From positions 2,862 through 66,861 of the forward strand of contig JAJYUH010000013.1 of assembly GCA_021792635.1 (NCBI GenBank): DNA of 64,000 bases, given 5' to 3'. The DNA comes from Natronospirales bacterium. Its GTDB lineage: Bacteria > Pseudomonadota > Gammaproteobacteria > Natronospirales > REEB76. Positions 30,986 through 39,857 of this stretch are shown here, piece after piece. The stretch's first letter is position 1, and each line of letters starts with the position of its first letter. The notes beneath the pieces are model-generated. The model worked only from the letters and a program-made list of their open reading frames with translations. It was not told the origin of the DNA and searched no databases. Position numbers and translations under genes: made by a program.

Positions 30986-32200
30986 ATGAAAATCGTCGTC
31001 GGCGTCCTCTACACCCTGCTGCCGGAAATCATCCTGCTTGTCATCGCCGCATGGCTGACACATTACGCGACTTATTTCCCGAATGCCGGCATCGTGGCAA
31101 CGCAGCTTGTGGCCCTGTTTATTCTGATCGCCGCCCTGGCGCTGAGTATGCAGTTCAACCGCAGCCGCATGTTTTTTGCTCTGCTGGCCCTGCTCATAGG
31201 CTACGCCGCCCTGAGCGAGCTCGCTGCGACCGGTGACACGCTCAGCCGGCAGATTCTCTCTGGCAGCCTGTGTCTGTTTCTGCCGTTCGACCTGGTGTGC
31301 ATGCCGCCCCTGGCGGAACGAGGCATATTCACGCGTTACGGTGCCTGGCCCTTCGTTCTGCTGCTGCTGGAGATCCTGTTTGTCATATTACTCATGGTTA
31401 CCCGCGCACGAGGCGTGGCCGATGCCCTGTTCGTCGAGTTTGTAAAATGGCCGTGGTTTTCCCTCACCGCCATCAGTCAACCTGGTTTGCTGCTGCTTGC
31501 CATTGGCCTCTTATGGCTCAATGACCGCTTGATCCTCAGACACAGCGCCGAACTGGCCGCCTTTTTCTTTTCCCTGATTGCGGTGGCGGTGATGCTGCAT
31601 TCCCGACAGCCGGCCACCGTGGCGGTATTCGCGGGCGCGGCCGCCCTGGCCTTCGGTATCGCCATCATCCAGGAGTCCTGGAGCATGGCTTATCTGGATG
31701 AGCTCACCGGCCTGCCGGGACGGCGCGCGCTGGAAGAACAAATGCGCCGGTTAGGTAACCGTTATGTCATCGCCATGCTGGACGTGGATCATTTCAAGCA
31801 TTTCAACGACCTCTACGGTCACGATGTAGGCGATCAGGTATTGCGGCTGGTAGCGTCGCGACTGCAGAAATATGCCGGCACCGGCAAGGCCTTCCGCTAC
31901 GGCGGCGAGGAATTCAGCCTGTTGTATGCGGGCAGGAGTCTGGAGGATGCGGCGCCTGCGCTGGAAATGTTGCGCGTTGAAATCGAAACTTCCGGATTCA
32001 ATCCACGCCGCGGGGAGCGACGCAGTGGTTCCGAAGCCCAACAGGACGACGACGCTCCCTTGCGGATTACGGTAAGCATCGGCGCAGCCGAAAGCGGCAC
32101 TGCGAGAAAGGACCCATGGAGCGTGCTCAAAAGCGCCGACAGGGCGCTGTATGACGCCAAACGTACCGGCCGCAATCGCGTCCGCCTGAGCGGCACCTGA
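30986..32200 (+). CDS. Membrane-anchored diguanylate cyclase (GGDEF domain)
   Basis: About 6 N-terminal TM helices, then DELTGLPGRRALEE, MLDVDHFKHFNDLYGHDVGD and active-site RYGGEEF. No RxxD I-site immediately upstream of GGEEF. Confidence 0.88.
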   Translation: MKIVVGVLYTLLPEIILLVIAAWLTHYATYFPNAGIVATQLVALFILIAALALSMQFNRSRMFFALLALLIGYAALSELAATGDTLSRQILSGSLCLFLPFDLVCMPPLAERGIFTRYGAWPFVLLLLEILFVILLMVTRARGVADALFVEFVKWPWFSLTAISQPGLLLLAIGLLWLNDRLILRHSAELAAFFFSLIAVAVMLHSRQPATVAVFAGAAALAFGIAIIQESWSMAYLDELTGLPGRRALEEQMRRLGNRYVIAMLDVDHFKHFNDLYGHDVGDQVLRLVASRLQKYAGTGKAFRYGGEEFSLLYAGRSLEDAAPALEMLRVEIETSGFNPRRGERRSGSEAQQDDDAPLRITVSIGAAESGTARKDPWSVLKSADRALYDAKRTGRNRVRLSGT

Positions 32201-32202
32201 AC

Positions 32203-32616
32203 ATGTACCTGAACCTGAGCACGCTACTGGCCATCCTTGGACTCATTCTCATCGCCGCAGTTGCATGGTTCTGGAATGACAGCCTGCAGGCGCGCGAGCG
32301 CATGACCGCCACCTGCACGCGCATCTGTAATAACATGCATCTGCAATTCTTGGACGAGACCGTGGCGCTGGCCCGCTTGCGACTCACGCGCACCGCCAGC
32401 GGCTGGCTTGCCTGGAAAAGACTGTACGTCTTCGAGTTCAGCGAGTCCGGGACGGACCGCTGGAAGGGTCGTGCGCTGCTCGCGGGACGCCGTGTCGAAT
32501 CCGTGCAACTCGACAATCCGCAGGGGGCCACTATCCTCGACGGCGTCGCGCCCGCCCGCATTACCTCCGGGGACAATCACAACCCCGACAGGCAGCGCGA
32601 CCAGTACCTGCATTGA
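32203..32616 (+). CDS. DUF3301-like small membrane protein
   Basis: ATG lies 2 nt after the GGDEF stop. N-terminal TM (LLAILGLILIAAVAWFW) followed by ...LQFLDETVALARLRL...YVFEFSESG..., which resembles DUF3301 proteins (from memory). Confidence 0.55.
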   Translation: MYLNLSTLLAILGLILIAAVAWFWNDSLQARERMTATCTRICNNMHLQFLDETVALARLRLTRTASGWLAWKRLYVFEFSESGTDRWKGRALLAGRRVESVQLDNPQGATILDGVAPARITSGDNHNPDRQRDQYLH

Positions 32617-32891
32617 AAGCGCCATATTGTTCTAAAGAGCAAGCTCGTCTAATATCCGCCGGTCCCATGGGTGGGGCCGGTGGCCCCGAACCATGGCCAT
32701 GGCGGAGACCACGCTTCATTTTCATAGCAGAGTGCGGCTGGGCAATGCGGGTAGCCAGGTCCCCCCAAAAAAGGCGATAACGTCGCGTATCTTTGCTGTA
32801 TCAGGCCGGAAACGCCGTTGCCTTTTACACAACGACACGGCCAGTGTTGCGAACAGGAACTACCAATCAGCTTTAACTACTGGAGTTAACT

Positions 32892-34535
32892 ATGGCGGGA
32901 CCCACCAAGCTCAGGCGCGATGCCGGTGTCATCGGGCTTTTATATGCCAGCCTAGGTGCCATGATCGGCTCGGGCTGGTTGTTTGGACCGCTGCATGCCG
33001 CATTGGAGGCCGGCCCTTGGAGCGTCTTCTCCTGGATTATCGGCGCTATTGCCGTGCTGTTCCTGGCGTTCGTGTTTGCTGAGCTCTCCACCATGTTCCC
33101 AAATTCCGGGGCCCTGGTACACATGACCCATGTGAGTCACGGCGATCTGGTAGGCAAAATCTGGACCTGGATCCTGTTTCTGGCATTCGTTTCGGTGCCA
33201 CCGGTCGAAGTCACATCCGTTGTGACCTATGCCAACGCTTATATACCTGGGTTGATTACCCCCACCAGCGGCATCTTGACCCACCTCGGCACGATTGTCT
33301 CGATTATTCTTCTGGCCTTCGTGGTAGCTCTCAACTTTCTCGCCATACGGCTGGTGGTCGCCATCAACAGCGCGGCGACCTGGTGGAAGATCATTATTCC
33401 TCTTGCCACCATCGGCATTCTGATGGCCTATTCCTTCCACCCCGGAAATATGACTGCACATGCCGCGAGCACACCGATTAGCGGAATATTCACTGCCGTG
33501 GCCACCGCCGGCATCATTTTCAGTTTCCTCGGATTCCAGCAGGCCATCGCCCTGGCCGGCGAAACCCGTAATCCCGGCCGTTATATTCCGATTGCGCTGA
33601 TCGGCTCGGTCATCATTTCCATGCTGATCTACATCGGGCTCCAAGTCTCCTTCATTATCGCGCTCAAACCGACAGACATCGCCCAGGGTTGGGAACATTT
33701 GCAGTTTACCGGCATGTTCGGGCCGCTCGCAGCCATCGCGGTCGCGGTTGGAGCGTTCTGGTGGGCGATCATTCTGTACGTGGATGCTTTTGTATCACCG
33801 ATGGGAACGGCGTTCATCTATGTTACCGCTAGCCCGCGCATCATCATGGCGGCCGGCGAAATGGGCAACGCACCCAAACAGGTAATCAAGCTCAATCAAA
33901 ACGGCGTGCCGTGGATTGGCCTGGTCATCACCTGGATCGTCGGTGCGATCTTTTTCTTTCCATTTCCCTCCTGGAAGCAACTGGTGTCCGCGGTTTCCCT
34001 GATCACGGTGCTGTCCTACATGATCGGGCCGGTTATCCTGCTGCACCTGCGCCGGGTATTGCCTGACGCGCAGCGTCCTTTCCGCCTGCGGGCGGTGCGC
34101 GTAGTTTCAGTTATCGCTTTCATTTTTTCCAATTGGATTATCTACTGGACGGGGTACGATACGGTCAAAGTCCTGTTTACCCTAGTGGCCGTGTATGTCG
34201 TCGTATACCTGGCTTGGTTTTTCATCAATCGCAAACCGTTGTCTCAACTGGGCTGGCAGCAGGCCTGGTGGCTGTTGCCGTATTTCATCGGCATGTGGCT
34301 GATCAGTTGGCTCGGACCCAGTGCACAGCCGATGAATGGCATCGGCGTGTTCGGCTTCTTTACCGGCATGTGGATCCTGGTGGTATTCAGCCTGATTATT
34401 CTCGGCCTCGCGCTATTGTGCGGCCAGAGTAACGAAGCCGCCCAGCGGGTTGCCGACCAAATCAAAGACCTGGGCTCACGTGGCATCGAGACCCACAAAG
34501 GCACAGGTCACGCCGCAGAGGAACCCATCTTCTAA
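32892..34535 (+). CDS. APC-superfamily amino acid/polyamine permease
   Basis: 547 aa, about 12-13 TM helices. N-terminal motif GVIGLLYASLGAMIGSGWLFG. GGAG RBS 6 nt upstream of the ATG. Confidence 0.8.
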   Translation: MAGPTKLRRDAGVIGLLYASLGAMIGSGWLFGPLHAALEAGPWSVFSWIIGAIAVLFLAFVFAELSTMFPNSGALVHMTHVSHGDLVGKIWTWILFLAFVSVPPVEVTSVVTYANAYIPGLITPTSGILTHLGTIVSIILLAFVVALNFLAIRLVVAINSAATWWKIIIPLATIGILMAYSFHPGNMTAHAASTPISGIFTAVATAGIIFSFLGFQQAIALAGETRNPGRYIPIALIGSVIISMLIYIGLQVSFIIALKPTDIAQGWEHLQFTGMFGPLAAIAVAVGAFWWAIILYVDAFVSPMGTAFIYVTASPRIIMAAGEMGNAPKQVIKLNQNGVPWIGLVITWIVGAIFFFPFPSWKQLVSAVSLITVLSYMIGPVILLHLRRVLPDAQRPFRLRAVRVVSVIAFIFSNWIIYWTGYDTVKVLFTLVAVYVVVYLAWFFINRKPLSQLGWQQAWWLLPYFIGMWLISWLGPSAQPMNGIGVFGFFTGMWILVVFSLIILGLALLCGQSNEAAQRVADQIKDLGSRGIETHKGTGHAAEEPIF

Positions 34536-34625
34536 ATCCCGGGGCGGCGGGATTGCGGCCGGAATCGGCCGTGCTCTGCACCTACCAGGTAAAAACACCG
34601 GCAGGCAGCTATCTTTTGGGCAGTT

Positions 34626-35045
34626 TCAATCATCGCAGGATGAACGGCGTAATCGTTTCTTGTGGGCCTGTCGGCGCTTGCCTTCGAGGCGCCGCAGTCT
34701 GGAAGCACGGGTGGGCCTGCTAGCTTTACGTGACTTGGGAATCTCGGCAGCACGGCGGATAAGCGTTACCAGCCGCTCAACCGCATCTGCGCGGTTGCGT
34801 TCCTGAGTACGGAAGCGCTGCGCAAAAATCAACAGCTGACCTTGTGAATTAATCTTATTGGCGGCAAGCCTGGAGAGGCGCTCACGCACGGCATCCGGCA
34901 GCGAAACATTGCACATCACATCAAAGCGCAGTTCCGCTGCCGTCGCGACCTTGTTTACATTCTGGCCGCCCGGTCCCGAAGCGCGCACAAAATGGAACAC
35001 CAGCTCGTTCTCATGGAGTCGGATGTGTGGTGTTACCTCAATCAT
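34626..35045 (-). CDS. arfB: Alternative ribosome-rescue factor ArfB (peptidyl-tRNA hydrolase, YaeJ)
   Basis: 139 aa, GGQ motif (ASGPGGQNVNKVATA), Lys/Arg-rich C-terminal tail. Confidence 0.88.
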   Translation of the reverse strand: MIEVTPHIRLHENELVFHFVRASGPGGQNVNKVATAAELRFDVMCNVSLPDAVRERLSRLAANKINSQGQLLIFAQRFRTQERNRADAVERLVTLIRRAAEIPKSRKASRPTRASRLRRLEGKRRQAHKKRLRRSSCDD

Positions 35046-35060
35046 TCAATGGAGTATCGC

Positions 35061-36308
35061 TCAAACGCCGGCTTCCATTTCAGCGATGCGCCCCAGGTCA
35101 ATGCCATATTGCTTCGGATCCACAACGCGTTTGATGGACCATTTCGGTTCGCCGCCGCGAGTAGCGGGTGTCGCCAGATTAATCAGCGGGCGGCGGTCAT
35201 AAGGCTTGCCCTCGACGTCGCGAATCAGCATTACAATGGGTCGCAGACGGCTGGCGGGATTGGTGGACATGACAATACCCAGCGCGCCGCTGTTCAGTTC
35301 CACCAGGCTGCCGATGGGATAAATACCGATACAACGGATAAATTCCTGCATCATATCCTCGCCGAAATCCCGCGGCGCCCAGTGGAACATCATATTCAGG
35401 CCTGTGTGCGCAGGAATACCCTCGTGGTACACACGGTTGCTGGTAATATCATCATAGACATCCGCAATGGCCACGATGCGCACATGCACGGGGATCTCAT
35501 CCCCTTTCAGTCCGAATGGGTATCCATGGCCATTGATCCGCTCATGATGCAACTGGACAATCTCAAGCGATTTTTCTGAAATATCCTTGTGCTTGCGCAA
35601 AATATTAAAACCATCCACGGGGTGTTTTTTCATAATGTCGAACTCATCCTCGGTAAGCAATCCGGGCTTATCTAGAATGGAAACCGGTGTACGCATCTTG
35701 CCGATATCATGCAGCAACGCTCCCAATGCCAATTCTTCGATGGATTCCTTCGATAACCCGAGGTGCAAACCGAATACAACCGCGAGAATGCAAACATTGA
35801 GGCAATGGGATGCAGTGTACTCATGCTTGGTTTCGAGATTAGTCAGCCACAGGGCGGCGGCAGGATTTGTTACTGCCACATCCACCAGTTCCCGCACCAG
35901 TATGCGTACCTCACGCGTATCCACACTGCGTCCGAAACGCGCATCCGCCAGCATGTGCTGCACATGCCGGTGCAGCTTTCCTCTGCTTGACAGCACCTTG
36001 CGCATGTCATGGCGAAAACTTTCCCGGCCCCGCCAACCAAGGCCGGTAAGATCGGTGCGCTCCATCGTCAGCGTGACAGGCCGATTGGAGTCCCGGCTGG
36101 GGGTTTTGCGCCCGGAGCCGGGTCCACCCCCCCCGGCGGTCCTGTCTTCGTCAATGTAAACGTACTGACAGGTGGTTCGCAGTATCGTCAATTGCTCGCG
36201 CGACTCGATCAGGAAACCCTGGAATGGAAAGGGGCTTTCCAACCAGGGGCGGTCCAGCTTCGAAACGTACATGCCCGGCTGGAGATCGGAGACAGGAATC
36301 TTTCTCAT
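35061..36308 (-). CDS. HD-GYP domain c-di-GMP phosphodiesterase
   Basis: HCLNVCILAVVFG..., LLHDIGK, HHERINGHGYPFGL (HD and GYP signatures). N-terminal MRKIPVSDLQPGMYVSKLDRPWLESPF regulatory domain. Confidence 0.88.
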   Translation of the reverse strand: MRKIPVSDLQPGMYVSKLDRPWLESPFPFQGFLIESREQLTILRTTCQYVYIDEDRTAGGGGPGSGRKTPSRDSNRPVTLTMERTDLTGLGWRGRESFRHDMRKVLSSRGKLHRHVQHMLADARFGRSVDTREVRILVRELVDVAVTNPAAALWLTNLETKHEYTASHCLNVCILAVVFGLHLGLSKESIEELALGALLHDIGKMRTPVSILDKPGLLTEDEFDIMKKHPVDGFNILRKHKDISEKSLEIVQLHHERINGHGYPFGLKGDEIPVHVRIVAIADVYDDITSNRVYHEGIPAHTGLNMMFHWAPRDFGEDMMQEFIRCIGIYPIGSLVELNSGALGIVMSTNPASRLRPIVMLIRDVEGKPYDRRPLINLATPATRGGEPKWSIKRVVDPKQYGIDLGRIAEMEAGV

Positions 36309-36650
36309 GGCCTCATTATGCCAGCGGCAAAAGCTTCATAGTGGCGTTTCTGGCAGCTAAAGCATCAGTGGGGGGCAAGCCGGCACCGACGGCTGCGACT
36401 GGCCCTACCCCTACCAGCCGGAAAACAGGCGGGCTATACTGTGACACTCGGCAGACCTGCCGGGGGAGTGGTGAGGAACCTTCCCGAGGGACCGCAGAAT
36501 TACCGAAAGGAATATCAACACACCAGGGGGCTGGTGAATAAAGACGCAAAATCTGCTCTTTTGAACACCGACAGACGGGCTTGGCTCGCTGTCGGGGTTC
36601 AGAGAGGGCAGCGGCTTTGAAGAACTTAACTTAATCACGGAGTACCTCAG

Positions 36651-36971
36651 ATGAAACGTCAGTTGCTGATTAGTCTTGTTACCGGCATGCTGTTTGCATT
36701 TGCCGGTTTGGCACTTGCGCAGGGCACTCAGGCTCAGCCCGGCGCCCAGGCTCCCGCCTCCCGGGCGGCTGCCTTGAAAAAGAAAGAAGCCGCCATGCGC
36801 GAAGAGAAGCATGAAATGATGCTGCGCCATGAGAAAATGGAACATGAAAAGATGATGGAACATAAAAGAATGATGGCGCATAAGAAAATGATGGCACATA
36901 AGAAGAAAATGATGCAGCATAAGAAAGTGATGAAGAAAGAGAAGAAATCGCCGCCGCCAGCACACAAGTAA
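36651..36971 (+). CDS. Small secreted His/Met/Lys-rich repeat protein
   Basis: Signal peptide MKRQLLISLVTGMLFAFAGLALAQG, then KHEMMLRHEKMEHEKMMEHKRMMAHKKMMAHKKKMMQHKKVMKKEKK. GGAG RBS 8 nt upstream. DNA shows tandem CATAAGAAAATGATG-like units. Confidence 0.75.
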   Translation: MKRQLLISLVTGMLFAFAGLALAQGTQAQPGAQAPASRAAALKKKEAAMREEKHEMMLRHEKMEHEKMMEHKRMMAHKKMMAHKKKMMQHKKVMKKEKKSPPPAHK

Positions 36972-36986
36972 TCGAGAAAAGGAACG

Positions 36987-37067
36987 CAGGCAACGGCGGT
37001 CACAAATCATTTCCGCCGTTTCCTGTAAATAAAATAAGGCGCGGATTCGTCTGCGCCTTATTTCTTT
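36987..37067. terminator. Two consecutive hairpins; the second is a bidirectional rho-independent-type terminator
   Basis: Hairpin 1: CAGGCAACGGCGG / CCGCCGTTTCCTG (36987-36999 / 37013-37025, one mismatch). Hairpin 2: AAATAAGGCGC / GCGCCTTATTT (37032-37042 / 37053-37063), flanked by an A-run upstream and TTTCTTT downstream. Confidence 0.7.
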
Positions 37068-38056
37068 GGGCTAATCAGAAAATGCCGTCGCTTATCCGGG
37101 TCTTTCCCCTGCGACAGGCAACACGCCATACATGCCCCGTGCTCCCGCACCGGCACGGGGTTGCTGCAGATCAGGCTAAATGGACAGGAAATCCGCACTT
37201 ACGGGCATCCGGATGACAGATGCACAGAAGCGCGCACCGGCGAGATGTACATCGGGCAAGAATTCAAGACTGCCCGCCGCTACCCGGCCGACTACCAGGA
37301 AACCGGGAGGATCGGTAATACGGATATCCCGGGTAGCGCCGGGCAGTGGTCCAATCATACCCTTTCAGGTCGGAGTGCGCAGGTAGTCTCCACTGCATTT
37401 GCAGATTTGAAGTCCAGCCGGATGGGTAGTTCCCGTGCGGGAACGGCAATCTAAAATAATCAGTAACCCATTGAATTGAATAAATATATACTGCGGCTCG
37501 CACACAGATTTGACTCCGGGTACTGCTTGAGTCTGTATTTCACATAAGGGATATCCACCGAGCTCCAGTCCTGCCAACGCTTCGAGGTAGGGCTGTCATC
37601 CCGTGTGGCCGGACCCGATTACCTGTAAGCGCAGAGCCAGCCTGTGCGCTCTATCTCACCTCGCCTACCATAATCTCGCCCCGGGCGCGGGTACCTGTAT
37701 GGGCATGTGGGGGGTTCGGTGAGCCCTGTTTCAGCCACCCCCTCCCCGGGCACCTATACAGCCCACGTCCTCAACCCGACCGTGAAACCAACTCCCCTGT
37801 ACGGCCTGTGGTGGCAGTGAAAATATGCCCTCACGGAGTTCGGAGATCTCCACCGGGAGGGCCTACACTGCACGGGCGCAACGGATTATGGGCCGGGTAC
37901 TGATTCCACATACTGTGGCAGTACGCACTTGCCTCTTCAACCGCCATATTTCCCGTGCAAGCGGTCTTCTGGTATTCCGCCTACGGGAGCGGGTGCCGCC
38001 TTCCGGTTCCGGGCCCTCCGGATTGCCCCGTCAGCCGAAAGCGGCGGTAAGGCATC

Positions 38057-38719
38057 CTACGCGCCAACTTCGCTGGTCGGGATGACCTCCTTTTCTTCTT
38101 TGGCAGCCGCAATCCATTCCTGCACGGCCGGGTAAGCCTGGACCGTATCCACATAGGCCTGTTCAATCCTGCCGAGGTTGTTCACGCCATAGGTCACAAA
38201 ACGCAGTGCCACCGGAATATACATGGCATCAGCGATGGAAAACCGGCCGAATAGCCAAGATCCCGTCTGGCCGTATTGCTGACGGCAATTGCGCCAGATT
38301 TCCGCCACGCGGGTGATCTCGGCTTCCAGCTCCGGCGGGATAGGCGCATGCCTGCCAGTGGCACGGCAGTTGAATGGCATGCTCTTGCGAATTGCCGGAA
38401 AGCCGGCGTGCATCTCGGCGCTTACGCACCTTGCCACGGAACGGGCTGCCGTATCGTCCGGCCAAAGCCGCGCGGCCGGGAACCTTTCTGCCAAGTATTC
38501 ACAAATGGCGATAGAATCCCATATGGTGAGATCACCGTGTTTGAGTAATGGCACTTTGCCGGTGGGCGAATACTTGCGCACCCTGCTCTTGAATTCCGGA
38601 GTATCCATGGCCAGACGGATCTCCGTAAATGGCACGCTTATATGTCTGAGCGCCAACCAGACGCGCAAAGACCAGGATGAATAAGCTTTGTTGCCAATAA
38701 CCAGTTCAAATTTATCCAC
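38057..38719 (-). CDS. Glutathione S-transferase
   Basis: ORF 38057..38815. GTG 38719 (AGGAG 6 nt upstream) gives (M)DKFELVIGNKAYSSWSLRVWLALRH, which avoids overlap with the upstream gene. Thioredoxin-like N-domain ...SPTGKVPLLKHGDLTIWDSIAICEYL. Confidence 0.82.
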   Translation of the reverse strand: MDKFELVIGNKAYSSWSLRVWLALRHISVPFTEIRLAMDTPEFKSRVRKYSPTGKVPLLKHGDLTIWDSIAICEYLAERFPAARLWPDDTAARSVARCVSAEMHAGFPAIRKSMPFNCRATGRHAPIPPELEAEITRVAEIWRNCRQQYGQTGSWLFGRFSIADAMYIPVALRFVTYGVNNLGRIEQAYVDTVQAYPAVQEWIAAAKEEKEVIPTSEVGA

Positions 38720-38735
38720 GCGGTGCTCCTGAATC

Positions 38736-39731
<996 letters not shown>

Positions 39732-39857
39732 GAAACATCTCCTGGTGTAACCCAAGCATGCCTCTCCAACCGGCGGCATGGAAATAGGGCGAATCTCATG
39801 CTATATCGTCACCCGCAAATTCATGTAGGCGTCGCCGAGACAATGGAGCAACAATCG

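Noticed and set aside
32617-32891. 275-nt leader upstream of the APC permease as a possible amino-acid riboswitch
   Set aside because: There is no match to glycine, lysine or other riboswitch cores that I can recognise. Only a small GGGGCC-ggt-GGCCCC hairpin is present near 32668.
36679-37003. Minus-strand ORFs (36679..36993, 36734..37003, 36411..37010) with Phe/Ser/His-rich repeats
   Set aside because: They are the antisense reading of the His/Met/Lys repeat gene. The plus-strand gene has the signal peptide, RBS and terminator.
37429-37444. GTTCCCGTGCGGGAAC hairpin resembling the palindromic core of type I CRISPR repeats
   Set aside because: There is a single copy only, with no spacer-repeat periodicity and no cas genes in the window. 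It also lies inside the putative cupredoxin relic.
37560-38056. Tested by eye for RNase P RNA, tmRNA, SRP RNA, cobalamin riboswitch, group II intron domain V and tRNA-like T-loops
   Set aside because: None of the conserved cores I know (GGAAAGTCCGG, GGTTCGA.TCC...CCA, GCCACTG B12 box, AGC-triad domain V hairpin) could be found convincingly. The region is left as an unexplained gap rather than called as an RNA gene.
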